Assembly (NCBI RefSeq): GCF_963921235.1
Contig: NC_086108.1
Span: 76,138,001 to 76,202,000, forward strand
Length of the DNA: 64,000 nt
Origin: Mobula hypostoma
Lineage: Eukaryota
Reading direction: 5' to 3'
Positions 1-12,013 of the stretch are shown one piece after another. A model generated the notes under the pieces. The model had not been told where the DNA came from, made no database searches, and worked only from the letters and a program-made list of their open reading frames with translations. Position 1 is the stretch's first letter. Each line of letters opens with the position of its first letter. A program made the position numbers and the translations under genes.

Positions 1-139
1 TGATTAACTGCAGTTATTGCGAGCTTACTTGTAACTGGATATACAAATTAATGGGCTTTGTTAAAACACAGAGGGCAATGTCTAAAGAGTGTTGAATTTG
101 GTGAATAAAGGACTATAGTAAAGTAAGTGGAACAGTAGT

Positions 140-1150
140 GTAGGGTGGTACAGCAGCGTTGCGGTTGGTTAGTGCATCACTTTACAGCACCAGTGATTAC
201 TTATCGGGGTTCTATTCTCATTGTTTTATACACTTTCCCTGAGATGCGTAGGTTTCCTCTAGGTGCTCTGGTTTCCTCCCACATTCCAAAGACGTACTTG
301 TAGAGTTATTGAGTTGTTGCCATTCTGTGTTCGAGCCGAAAGTGTGCAACACTTGCCTAGCATAATCTTTGCTGATGTCAAATCAAATTGAATTAAGTTT
401 AATTATCCTTCAACCATACAAAAATATAGCCGAATGTAACAGAATTCCAAGACCCTGAGTGATATGTCCCACAGTTAATGGTACAGTCTCTTGATAATGT
501 ACAGACACATGCAATCCAGCCTGTCATCCACCGATTGAACACAAAAGGGCAGCATCAACGGGAGAGACCAGCTCCAAGCCAAGTATGGCTGCCACACTGC
601 ACTGTCTCCAGCGTCTCCTCTCCTGGTCAGCAGCATGCAAGCCCGCAACTTGAGGCCTAGTCCTCACTACAACCAGGCTGCCGGCTTCTATGTCATCAGT
701 CGCACCACCAGACAAGGGTAACAGACCTGCGGCAGCTTACATTGTCAATGTCCAAAGAGTCTTGCAATCCCAGGTGAAATGTCAGAGACAAAATCACCCA
801 CTGTTATACTGCATGCTGCTTTTGCAGATCAACTCCATTGCCTTAGAGTAGCAAGAAGCAACACTGTCTGCAGCCAGGTCAACTCCTTCCCCGACATCCT
901 GGTCAGCCCCTTCGACAATAGTCCAGCTACTCCGATCAACAAACAGCTCACTGATGGCATAGCCCTGCAGTACCCAAAGTTCTTGCAGTAGAATTGTCTT
1001 GTGATCATAAAAAAAGCACCTTTGGTTGGCCCCCAAGAGGCTGCTGTATGCAAGCGCCACCATCTTAACAAATAAGACCTGATTTGATTTGACACAAAAC
1101 AATACATTTCATTGGATGTTGCACTGTACATGTGACAAAGTTCATCTTTA
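140..1150 (+). mobile_element. V-SINE (HE1-like) copy, split by an insertion at ~376-1080
   Basis: V-domain core GGTTTCCTCTAGGTGCTCTGGTTTCCTCCCACATTCCAAAGACG at ~251-294. The tail resumes at ~1080-1150 and matches the tail of the 12340-12645 copy. Confidence 0.7.
376..1070 (-). mobile_element. Non-coding, non-autonomous retroposon-like element
   Basis: On the - strand it starts with AAGATGGTGGCG and ends in ATAATTAAAC plus an (ATTTG)n-like tail. It interrupts a SINE. Confidence 0.5.
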
Positions 1151-1589
1151 AAAAAAATCATCACTGCAGTTTTATAATTAAAAGATGAAATAAATTATTC
1201 TGAGTTCTGCTTAGTGAGCTACCTTAAACAGGAACAGAAATGGTTAGTTATCTCAGACTTGTAGAGTGCACAACCTGTGCAAGGCAGAAACTCCAGGCAG
1301 TTTCCTATGCCTTAGATAATCTTATTTGCTGGGCATGTCGTCAGTTGGAAAAGCTCAGGTTTGGGTTTTGTTCTTTGAGCAATAGATGGTCTATAGATGG
1401 TGCTTTGTAGATAGCAAAATTCAAGAGGTGGTCACCTCACAGCTCAAGAAAGTTGTTAAATGAGTGAATTATGTCTATTCAAAATGTTTTCTCATTTATC
1501 TCCTAGTACCAGATAATAGATTGACATTGAAGAAGAGTTGGGGCAGGGTGTAACACCATGCTATGCAGTGGCAAGGAGCAATAAATATT

Positions 1590-1690
1590 CTGCCCTGAAG
1601 AAGGGTCTCGGCTCAAAACGTCGACTGTTTATTCATTTCCATAGGTGCTGTCTGATCTGCTGAGTTCCTCCAGCATTTTGTGTGTGTTGC
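1590..1690 (+). mobile_element. Penelope-like terminal-repeat fragment with degenerate hammerhead motif
   Basis: CTGAAGA-AGGGTCTCGGCTC-AAAA-CGTC-GACTG. Flanked by GCAATAAATATT at 1578-1589 and 1689-1700. Confidence 0.75.
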
Positions 1691-1745
1691 AATAAATATT
1701 TGCTCTTTAGTATCAGCATTCTGTGGAGGATTATACCGTTGCTAT

Positions 1746-1857
1746 AATACATAATACATAATTGTAATACATAATACAATTATGTATTATGTATTAATAG
1801 CATAATACATGCTATTATGTTCTTTTTCTGAACATAATAGCATGTTCAGAAAAAGAA
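1746..1857. repeat. Cluster of three perfect short palindromes
   Basis: Arm pairs 1746-1766/1775-1795, 1807-1822/1830-1845 and 1820-1835/1842-1857. Confidence 0.9.
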
Positions 1858-2274
1858 GAAAACCAGATAAATCATCAATCAAGGCATTGAATTTGGAGAT
1901 GGCAGAGTAATTTGTAGGCCAGATGAACTTGTGACGTTCTTGTCTCAAACATGTGGGGATTGGTATCTAAATTGGCAGAGCTGTCCCACAGATGAATTAA
2001 GCAAAAGCCTGTCATTGTCTGTAAGGTACGATATTGCAACACAACTAGGTGTCAGACTCCTCCTTTACAATCCCTCAAAACTGCAATATAGGACCACATT
2101 AAGAACACAATGAACAGGAGAAGTAGCCAATCAACTCTTTGTGCCCGCTCAGCCATTCAGGATTGTGCCTGAGGCAGTCTGATCTCAGGCAAACTGATCT
2201 CAATACCATTCTCTTTCCTCATAGCACTTCACTCCTTTGTTGCTCAAGTGTCTGCCACTCGCAACCTTGAATGT

Positions 2275-2660
2275 AAAATCAAAGTTTATTGCCAAATGCA
2301 CAAGTACAGATGCAATGAAAATCTTGTAGCTTTATCATTAGCACATGACATCATCGTACAACCAGCATTCGCAAGTAAAACATAAATTACACTTTTTTTT
2401 TACAAGATAGAACATAGAACAACAAAAAAGTCAATTTTTGTGCAAAGTAATCCAAGTAATTATAGTTTTGTTAAACTGTACTGATTAGATTTGTGCCGAT
2501 TGTTTAAGGATAGTAGCTGTTCTTGAATCAACCAGCACATACCTAGTCACTACAGTTTACCAACCAGTAGTGAGGGACTTCATGCTTCCTACTCAATGGT
2601 AGCTGTGAGAAGATAGCATGACTTGGATGGTGGAGATCTTTGAATGGTGCTTTCTTGAGT
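2275..2660 (-). mobile_element. Degenerate Rex1/Babar-type LINE 3' remnant
   Basis: Resembles the 3' ends at 26200-26545 and 56110-56600 (tail, AATAAA on -, then ORF-end-like sequence). Confidence 0.45.
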
Positions 2661-2937
2661 ATAGTGATTCTACCAACATCCCTCTTTGTCTTGGTGCAAC
2701 TTAATGCCCTCCAGTGCTACGTATCACCAGAAGTAAAAACTTACAATGTGCCAATCCCCCCTCAGAATTATGTTTCCATAATTAACTGTCATTTTTCTAA
2801 ACATGGCTCAACCTGCTCAATTTCTCTTTATACTATAACCATTTCATCCTAGAAATCCAGAGAAGCTTCCTCTGCACTTATACCAATAGAGTACTGTACT
2901 GTCCTTAAATTTGGAAACAAAACTGTAATCTGTACTC

Positions 2938-3120
2938 AAACACGAGGAAATCTGCAGATGCTGGAATTTCAAGCAACACACATAAAAGTTGCTGGTGAAA
3001 GCAGCGGGCCAGGCAGCATCTCTAGGAAGAGGTATAGTGGGCTTCCTAGATTTTACTAGAACTTCCTAGAGATGCTGCCTGGCCTGCTGCGTTCACCAGC
3101 AACTTTTATGCGTGTTGCTT
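2938..3120. mobile_element. Penelope-like inverted terminal-repeat pair
   Basis: ~59-bp inverted arms 2971-3029/3062-3120 with an extra ~33-nt tail on the left arm. Flanked by TGTAATCTGTACTC (2924-2937) and TGTAATCAGTACTC (3120-3133). Confidence 0.8.
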
Positions 3121-3216
3121 GTAATCAGTACTCCAGGGCTTTCATTAGTTCCCTTTTTAAAAAAAAATAAATCCCTACTTTTTTATTTCATTATGTTTGC
3201 AAAAAAAAGGGAAATA

Positions 3217-3717
3217 GAGGTTTCCCCACTATCCGAAGCGTTCCTGTGAAACCGTTGGTAAGCGGAAATGGCGTAACGCAAAGAAGCAATTGCCATGAAT
3301 TTATATGGAAAAAATTTTTGAGTGTTCCCAGACCCAAAAAATAACATACCAAAAAGCACATAAAACCTAAAATAACACTAACATATAGTAAAAGCAGGAA
3401 TGATATGATAAATACACAGCCTTATATAAAGTAGAAATAATGTATGTACAGTGTAGTTTCACTTAACAGAATCAGGAAGATTTAGCCAAAACTGACTTGT
3501 AGAAAAAAATCGGCACGTACACGCATGCACACACACTTGCCCGCACAAGGCTTCACGGTCATGGTAGTCTTTCTCGGGGTAAACACAAATTTAAAGTGGG
3601 CGCCTTTTCTCATAAAAGCGAAAATCCTCTTTCGGTTAGCGAAAACAGGTACTAATGTAGGTCTTCCGTAAAAGCAAAGTGCCTTAAAGCGAACGTTTGT
3701 CGGGGGGGGGGCACCTG
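3217..3717 (-). mobile_element. Tigger/pogo-type MITE (~500 bp)
   Basis: TA-flanked, with ends matching the reverse complement of the 5985-7423 element (GAGGTTTCCCCACTATCCGAAG ... GGGGCACCTG). Confidence 0.8.
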
Positions 3718-4139
3718 TATTTATTTAGCCTTCCTGATTCCTTGCTGTAGCTGCATGCCAGCACAATGCATTGTGATCCCCTGATACTTTATACAGCAGG
3801 ATTTTGTTATCTTCATTTAAATATTTTCTGTTCTTTCTAAAGTGGATCACCTCGTCCTTTCCCACAATATGTTTTGCCTGTCAATCTTTCGTTATGCTAT
3901 CTCTTTACTGTTGCAGCTCCTTGTTTTATTAACAATTTGGTAACTCATCTAATTGTGCAACTTCAGCAAATTTGGCTACAGTACACGCAGTTCCTTCATT
4001 TAAGTTAATAAGATGACAAATTGTTGAGATCTGGCATTGATCCCTGCACCCCACTTTTGATCTGAAAATTACCCATTCATCCTGACTTTCTTTCGCTGTT
4101 AAGCTTCTCCCCCTCTAACCTTGTGATTGAAGCAATGTC

Positions 4140-4610
4140 ATTATGATTCAGGGGTGCAAAGGGACTTGAGAACACTTGTGCAGGATTCCCTAAAATTGAA
4201 TGTGCAGTTTGAGTTGGTGATAAAGAAGGCAAATTGAATGTTAACATTAATTTCAGGAGGACTAGAATTTGAAAACATGGATGTAATGCTGATGCTTTAT
4301 AAGGCATTGTTCAGACCTTTATAAGGCATTGTTCAGACCTTACTTGGAATAGTTTCGGCAGTTTTGGGTCCCTATCTGTGGGAAAAAAATATATTGCCAA
4401 TGGAGAAGATCCAGAGGAGGTTCTCAAGAATTATTCTGGAAATGGAAGGGTTAAGGTATGAGGAATATTTGATGGCTCTGGGGCCTGTACTTGCTAGAGT
4501 TTAGTAGGCGGGGGGGGGGAACGATGGTGGAGGGAATCTCATAGAGTGGATGTGGAGAGGATGTTTCCTATAGTTGGGTTATCGAGGGCACAGCCTCAGA
4601 TTGAAGGGAT
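4140..4610 (+). mobile_element. CR1 LINE 3' ORF2 remnant
   Basis: Degenerate KKAN..L..I.RG.E / LYKALxRP.LE / QRRF-type coding. Contains a 22-bp tandem duplication at 4295-4338. Confidence 0.7.
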
Positions 4611-4829
4611 GGCAGCTCACATTTGTTAGCAAAGTGATGGAAGGTTCTGCCAACCATGTTACTAAGTTTACCCAGCAGTAACTTGATGCCTAATTTGAGT
4701 TTTGCTAAGAGGCCTGTGCTTCAGACTTCTTGCCTCCTTGCTCTGAACCTGGAACAAAAGAACTGAACTCTGGGGTGAATAAGAATAACTACAGTTGACA
4801 TCAAGTTGGTAGTTAACTGATTGTGGGTA

Positions 4830-5570
4830 GCATTCAGGTTCATTTACTTATCACATGTACATCAAACCATACAGTGAAATGCGTAATTTGTGTTAACAAT
4901 CAACACATCCTAAAGGTTTTGCTTGGGGCGGCTTGCAAGTGTCACCACACACTCTGGCACCAACATAGCACGCCCACAATGTTCAGTCACAACAACAACA
5001 GAACAACAGCAAAGCAAGCCTCCTTTCTCCCTCCCACCCACTTGCCTATCCATTCACACACACAGACAGGTCTCCAACCCAAGGACAGGATGCCATTGTA
5101 TCTCCCAACATCCAGTCCCTGGCCTGGACTCTCAGACTCGCAGTCATTGGGCCTCTAGCTTCCAAACCCACTGACGCAGGGGCTTTGATTATTGTGCCGC
5201 AGCTTCTGGATTTGCTGAATTCATTCTTCTACCTTCGGGTTTCAGCCTTCGATATTGATCCCAGGATTTGCTGTCACAGAATTTTGAACTCCTGGCCTTA
5301 AACTCTGGACTTTCACGAGCTTCTGACTTTGGAACTTGCTGATCTGGGGGTCATCCCTGGCCCAAACTCATAAACTTGCAGATCTCAGGCCTCTAACTTC
5401 TGGACATGCCAATATTGGGCCTCAACTTCTGTCTTTGACCTTTAAGCTTCAACCCTCTGTTAACTCCAGGACTTGCTGATCACGGGACTCTGAACTCTGG
5501 ACTCATGTAGACCTCCAACCCAGGAATGTGCCTACCAGGTGGTGTCACTGGCCCTCATGCCTCTAATGGT
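4830..5570 (-). repeat. SINE-type tail (4830-4980) joined to a degenerate tandem-repeat body
   Basis: 4840-4980 is the reverse complement of the V-SINE tail at 12510-12640. 5150-5560 has recurring CCAGGA(C/T)TTGCTG and AACTCTGGAC motifs. Confidence 0.5.
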
Positions 5571-5984
5571 TAGGATCACTCCACTTACAAAGGTAGACGA
5601 TTGTTGTTGCAAGACATCAATCACCCTTGTCCCACCGTACTACTGCAGGAGTTCCTGAAGACTTGAGACCTAACGTCCTCCCTCACCTCCACCAGCTCAT
5701 TTATCAATAACCGTCCTTCCGTAAGTCCAGAAGTAAGGTTGCTTAGTTGGGAATGTTTACTGATATATGTACATTATTTATTTTCTTGCAGCACTTCAGC
5801 AAATGAACCAGTTCATTCCTGAATGCAGCAAGGTTTAGTCATCATATGGATATGGACTGATAGGTGTCAAGTAACGTTTGCACTGTATTTGATACTATTA
5901 CCATTGTGAAGCTCCCCCCACCCCCAACCCACTATGATCACATCACAGGCAACTGGAAATTCAAATGGATCAACATCGTAAATA

Positions 5985-7423
5985 CGTGTTCCCCGCTTTT
6001 CGAACGTTCGCTTTACGAAACCTCGCTGTTACGAAAGACCTACATTAGTTATCTGTTTTCGCTAACAAAGTGTTTTCACTGTTTTGAAAAAAGGCAGCGC
6101 ACGCCCCGAACAGCCAAGCTCCTCCCCTGGAACTGCATTCTAGCCAGCATTGCTTAAACATGTGCCTGTGAGTAGCCATTAGCAAGATGAGTTCTAAGGT
6201 ATCAGAAAAACCTAAAAGAGCTTGTAAGGGTGTTACACTTAGTGTAAAACTACTCATAATTAAGTGTTTCGATCGTGGTGAACCAAGTAAGGACAAAGTG
6301 AGTTTGGCTTGTGGAAGTTGACGAAGATGATGTTGAAGAGGTTTTGGCATCCCATGACCAAGAACTGATAGATGAAGAGCTGATGCAATTGGAAGAGGAA
6401 AGGATAACAATCGAAAACTGATGCAGTAGTGAACGGACCAAAAGTGAAGTCGTCCAGGAACTGAACATGAAGCAACTGTGTGAGATTTTCGCTGCAATTG
6501 ACAACAATGATTGCAGAAAAGTACGACTTTAATTTTGAAAGGGTACGTAGCTTTAGGGTATATTTGCAGGATGGTTTGAGTGCTTACAAAGAACTATGTG
6601 ATAGAAAAATGTGCGAGGCTAAGCAGTCAAGCATACTGTCGTTTTTCAAGCCTTCCACAGCAGACGACAAACCTCGACCTTCGACATCGAGGCAGGCAGA
6701 CATAGAAGAAGATGACTTGCCTGCCCTGATGGAAACAGACAACGATGAGATGATACCCCTGTGTCCCACCACCCCAACCCCCGGGCCGCGGACCAATACA
6801 TTGCCGCGGAGAATGCAGCGGTAGCCGGGATGCACCCAGCACATCTTTAAGAAAAAAGCCGAAATAAACAAGCTAATTAATTAGGTGCCGCCCGGCATGT
6901 AAATGTTGGCCCAGATCAGAGGCGATTGCCGATTATGTAACACACCATCATCACTCAGCCTAACACACCATCATCAGTGTGCTCGACGCTGTCTTCCCAA
7001 TTCCAGTAAGCGATACTACACAGTGCATACATTATTTCTACTTTATATAGACACTGTATTTTTATGCGTTATTTGGTATGACTTGGTAGCTTCATAGCTT
7101 AAAGGTTACTGGAGAGAGTGTTTCTGCCGAGAGCGCTTGCGCGAGATTTTCACTACAGAGGAGAGCGGTAATGATTGTAGAAAAGTATTTCTACTTTATA
7201 TAGGCTGTGTACTTATCATATCATTCCTGCTTTTACTATATGTTACTGTTATTTTAGGTTTTATGTGTTATTTGGCTTGATTTGGTAGGTTATTTTCGGG
7301 TCTGCGAACGCTCACAAATTTTTCCCATATAAATAAATGGCAATTGCCTCTTTGCTTTACAACATTCCGGCTTATGAACCGTTTCATACGAACACTCTAC
7401 CTTCGGATGGTGGGGGAAACCTG
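5985..7423 (+). mobile_element. Internally deleted Tigger/pogo DNA transposon
   Basis: TA flanks at 5983-5984 and 7424-7425, with imperfect TIRs. CENP-B-like N-terminal remnant (MSSKVSEKPKRACKGVTLSVK, from ~6187) fused to a Tigger-like C-terminus (DDVEEVLASHDQEL; AKQSSILSFFKP). No DDD domain. Confidence 0.8.
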
Positions 7424-7519
7424 TATAAGAGCAAGTCGGAAGCCAGATAATCCTGCAGTGAGAGACTCTCAATGAAGCATTTCTGCTCTCTCTAAGTCAC
7501 AAATCAGAAAAGTGATGAA

Positions 7520-7960
7520 TAATAATTCTTGCCTGGATGAGTTAGATTTCAAGAAGTTTAACATCATCCAAGACAAAGTAATCTGATCTCATTATCCTAA
7601 ATGTTTATTCCCTCAATCACTATCAGAAAATGTCTGCTGTATATTGCCTACAGAATGTTACATGGTCTAACAATGCCTTACAAACCTATGACCGCTACCA
7701 ACAAGGATCAGGGTGGAAGGTACAACATGCAGGTTTCTTTCTAAGTTGAATGGTTTGGAAATGTATCTTAATTTCTTCATTATTACCTTCATTATTACCA
7801 TTATTTTTAAACTCTCACCTTAGCGGTACCATAGTGATACTTTCACCAGAAAGTTTGTAGCAGTTCAAGAAGGTGGCTCACGGACAGTTTGGCATGAGCA
7901 ATAAATGCTAGCTTTGCCATTGATGTCCGGATTGTGAAAAATGAATTAAATAAAAATAAG
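7520..7960 (+). mobile_element. Old LINE 3' remnant (clade uncertain, Crack/Daphne-like)
   Basis: LAWMS..FKKFNIIQDK-like coding and a 3' end (TTCAAGAAGGTGGCTCA...AATAAATGCTAGC) similar to 37660-37790. Confidence 0.4.
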
Positions 7961-9669
7961 TTGCAAATGTAACTTGTATAGTGGCCACAAGATGGTGATA
8001 CATATTCAGCTGTTCCCCTCATGAAGCATTTGAAAGAATTTCATCCACTTGGTTTGGTTTGTTGTGCATTTATGATTTTCAGTCTGGCAGTTTTTGCAAT
8101 AATTTATTACGGACTCTCTGTGGTGAGATTATGAGATGTTGGTCCAGAACTTGCGGCAAGTGGTAAATCGTTTGTGCTCATTGCTGACCACCAGACAGAA
8201 TTAAAATTTGTTGTATGTAATTTCTCCAGTAGAAATTTCAGTTCAGAAATTCTTTAAGTTTCCATTCTCTTGGGGAAATCAATGATGCCGCCTTTGAAAG
8301 GTAAATTACTGGCTGCAACAAAATCTGCCAACATTAAGGCTGGCAGCTTTAAGCATTTAGTCAGGACTGTTGTCAGTCAGTGATAACTAGAACTTCATTC
8401 CTGAATAGCAGTGCTAATACGGTATATTGTATCGGGGGCACATTGGACCCCCATTGTGTTTCCAGAACTCCATTTCATTGATATCCATTCCTCTCTAAGG
8501 AGTATTCTCTGTAGCAGGATGCTAGTGAGAATTCATGGAAATACAGAGTTAAAGCTTAGTTGAAAACATCAAATTACTTGCAGAAACTGCTAATATTTGG
8601 GTTCTTGTGGAAACCCATGTTACTCATAAGTCCCTACAAAATTCAGGACACTTTTTCAGATGCTTGTACTTTTTTTTGCGCTTTATAATAAAACTATGAT
8701 AAAATGATGATGATAAAACTATTAAATTGGTTAAACATGTTTCACTTAATAAATCTCTGTTTGTTTGTCTTGATCCAATTTCCTTCTGTTGACTGCTGCT
8801 GCTATCACTCACCTATCAGTGTTTCTAAAGCTTCCATGCCACCGAGGTTAATCCAACTGACCTGTAGCAGCTAGGCTTATTCTTCCTTCCTTTTTGGAAC
8901 AAGGGAATAATATTTACTACTTTTCACTCCTTCAACACCTTGGTCCCTACCCCTTGCATTCATAAAACATTGGACGATTATGGTCTGTACCCCTGTAAAT
9001 CCTCCAATACTTAGCTCAAAATCCTAGGATCTTACTTGAAATTCAACTTACTTTCCTAATACTTCCAGGCTATAAATTTTTATTGTATCCAATCTGTCAG
9101 TTATCACCTCCTTGGAAAGGTACATATTCAGTACCTTTACAATAATTGCAGCAATTGTCCCATTTTTTTTGCTCTTAATAGGCATCACTCCTCCAAGTGC
9201 CACCATTTGCTTTGTACATGCTAATTGAACACCTGATTCCTAATCTCCCCTCATTCACTCTCTTTGTTCCTTAATTTTAATTTTGGCTTCTTGTCATTTG
9301 TAATCAGCAAGTACTTACAGCCCTGCATTTACCAAATGTGGCCTTTTTTTTTTGCTTTACCATTCTCTGTATCTTCAGTCATCCAGGGAGCTCTGGGTTT
9401 GTTTGTTCTCCACATGCAAACAATGCTTTAGTCTCTGTCTTTCTTTCTCTCCGTACCCCCTTCCCATATTGTAAAATTCTTTGAACAATGGTTCTACTAC
9501 CCCTTTATATATTTTTTCAACACATTGGATCCATGGGTACTTTATAATCAGCCTTGTCCTATTTTGAACCAAATTTCTGTTGTTGCAGCTTTCTATATAT
9601 GGCTATCTGTTTGCAGAATTCATTAGTCTTATTCCCTACACTGCTCATATTCACATACATGCAGAGTAA

Positions 9670-10720
9670 GGCTACGTCCACACTACGCCGGATAATTTTG
9701 AAAAGGCCGGTTTCGAGTAAAAACGACAGGCGTCCACACTAAGCGTTTTTCAAAATATCTCTGTCCACATTAGACGGATATTTGGGCGAATCTCCTCCTA
9801 CTGGGCATGCGCAGGACACACAGAAAACAAGCGCAGAGGAAACGGTATACTTGGTGCGCGTTTGTCCAGTTACAGAGTAGAAAAACTTAAAAGGAATTGC
9901 TGTTGGCTCTCGCACAGGAGGACTTAAATCTAAGAAAAAAACAAATACTGAAACGTATGGAGGCAACCGACAGGGAATTCACGGACAGTATGACCCGGCT
10001 GACAACGGACATTGAAAAACTGACTAACTCTGTTGCATTAATAAAGCACCTTGTTAAGTGTATGAAACATGACTGCATCAGTGTTATCTTGTATTTCCAT
10101 ACAATGTTACATTAGGCTGTTACACATCTATTGTCAGAGAATTACTTGCATAAATAGGTAAACCATCTTGGTTCTTGATCCTCCAAAATATGCCGCATGG
10201 AATTTAAACTGGAGGTGGCGGAGTGTGTTTTCTGTCCTTACCTTCATACAAGCAAGGACAGAAAACAGGGCAAAGTGCATATACTTATTTATTCAGTAAG
10301 CTATGGGCCGAAGTATTTGGTGAGTACATTTCTAACTCTTCTGGCTTCAGTCTCGTTGTCGTCTGTTCTGAAATTGTTAGGTTCTGCGAAACGCAAAATC
10401 AAATATCGCTGTGATGATTGTACGCTCTAAACAATAAATTAGTAATAATAATAAGGATAAGAATAATAAGAAGAAAACAATGAAATGCCGCGCTGTCGCC
10501 ATTTGTTCCAGCACGTCATGACAGCGGTTTTAAAAAGCTCTAGTTACCCCATACACACCGCAACGGATATTAGGTGTTTTCAGATTTATTCACTCTGGAG
10601 ACAGTTTCTGAAAATCTCCATTTTCGGGGGCTAAAAACGCCGGTTCAGTGTGGACGAAGGCTCAAAACGAAGAGAAAAAGCTTCGTTTTCAAAATTATCT
10701 GACATAGTGTGGACATAGCC
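9670..10720 (+). mobile_element. PIF/Harbinger non-autonomous element
   Basis: 35-bp TIRs GGCTA(C/T)GTCCACACTA...ATAATTTTGAAAA, 3-bp flanks TAA/TGA, subterminal repeats of GTCCACA. CpG-rich relative to the flanks. Confidence 0.85.
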
Positions 10721-10812
10721 TGAGAGTAGTTTAGTTGTTATCTCATTTCCATTTTCACTGACACTGGTAAGAATCCTTGGGTAGACCTTAATGTAGTGTG
10801 AACTGTTTTCTG

Positions 10813-10978
10813 ACCACAAGACAATCTGCAGATGAATAAATAGTTGACCTTTCAGGCCAAGACCCTTTATCAGGACTGGTGCATCCTGATGAAGGAACTT
10901 ATCCGAAACGTTGACTGTTTATTAATTTCCATAGATACTGCATGACCTTCTGAGTTTCTCCAGCATTTTGTGTGTGTG
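10813..10978. mobile_element. Penelope-like inverted pair carrying two back-to-back hammerhead motifs
   Basis: Minus motif at ~10841-10879, plus motif at 10882-10917. Flanked by GTGTGAACTGTTTTCTG (10796-10812) and GTGTGAATTGTCTTCTG (10974-10990). Confidence 0.8.
10882..10917 (+). ncRNA. Minimal type I hammerhead ribozyme motif (best-preserved core in the window)
   Basis: CTGATGA (10886-10892), extra A, stem II GGA/TCC, GAAA (10905-10908), palindromic ACGT stem III, GUU triplet. Stem I is reduced to 2 bp in this copy. Confidence 0.6.
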
Positions 10979-11443
10979 AATTGTCTTCTGCATTTTTCTT
11001 CTGTTTTGCTTCTTGGTTTATTTTATTTTTGCTTTACTGTGACTTTACTTGCCAGTGAACAAATGGCGTGTATGTATTTCCCCCTACCAATGCACCCTAG
11101 TTATCGTTACCTTTATTGATGTTTTATATGGTTGCTTGTTATTTTCCTTCTTTTCATAAGTACTCCTCGTATAAACCTTGACATTCCATTTCCATATATG
11201 TTGATGATGCTATAGCCAGCCTTGACACCTCAAAATTCTGTATTACCATGTTTGATTAAGTTTGTTTGTTCATGAATAAACTAATAAAAACCGGTGTCAA
11301 AATTAAAATTAAAATGTTGATATATTGTTTTGTAGTTGGAAAGTTGATACAAAGGCCTTATTTGTATTGTAAAAAGTAGAAATGATTTTTGTTAACAGGG
11401 TGTTGGCATCTTACATGTATCTTTCTGCATTTGTTGTGTACAG

Positions 11444-11639
11444 GGATGCCCCTCCATTGCTTCCAAGTGACACAACTCAAGGTTACAGAACTGTTAAAGC
11501 AAAGCTTGGCTGTAAGAAAGTACGACCATGGAAATGGATGCCTTTTACCAACCCTGCCAGGAAGGATGGTGCAATATTTTATCATTGGAGACGCTTGGCA
11601 GATGAAGGCAAAGATTACCCTTTTGCTCGGTTTAATAAG
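11444..11639 (+). CDS. DMAP1: DMAP1 coding exon (first one in window): DAPPLLPSDT...DYPFARFNK
   Basis: Translation matches the DMAP1/Swc4 N-terminal region (KKVRPWKWMPFTNPARKDG). AG at 11442-11443, GT at 11640. 196 nt, starting with the last base of a split codon. Confidence 0.97.
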
Positions 11640-12013
11640 GTAAGGTACAGTAATGTATAAAAAGATCAAAAGAACTTGTTGGATTAACTAGATCTGATGA
11701 ATGTTAGGAATTTCTGTCTGTTGCGTTCTAGCTTTAGTGTATGCTTAGTCAGATTGTAGTTTTAAACTAAATGAAAATACTTACAAACTTACTCATGCAA
11801 GCATGTTTTGTTGTCACATTTTTTATATTTTCTTTCATGACTAAGTGATTACAGGGAAGATCCTCCTATGTTTTTGCTGACAATTGAAAATGGCATGTAA
11901 ATGAGGCTTCTTTTTATCACGCCATTGGAATGACAATTTAATATAAATTCTACCAATTTATACCCATCTTTTGCTGAAGAAAAGTTCAAAATAAATTTCT
12001 TTGCAAACTGTAG

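Noticed and set aside
1..11443. The first DMAP1 coding exons (MATGADVRDIL..., FKRPEGMHREVYALL) and promoter
   Set aside because: I found no matching translation or CpG island. They presumably lie upstream of the window.
11382..11660. ORF-track start and stop positions around DMAP1 exons as stand-alone genes
   Set aside because: The ORFs run into intron sequence. Splice sites define the real coding boundaries.
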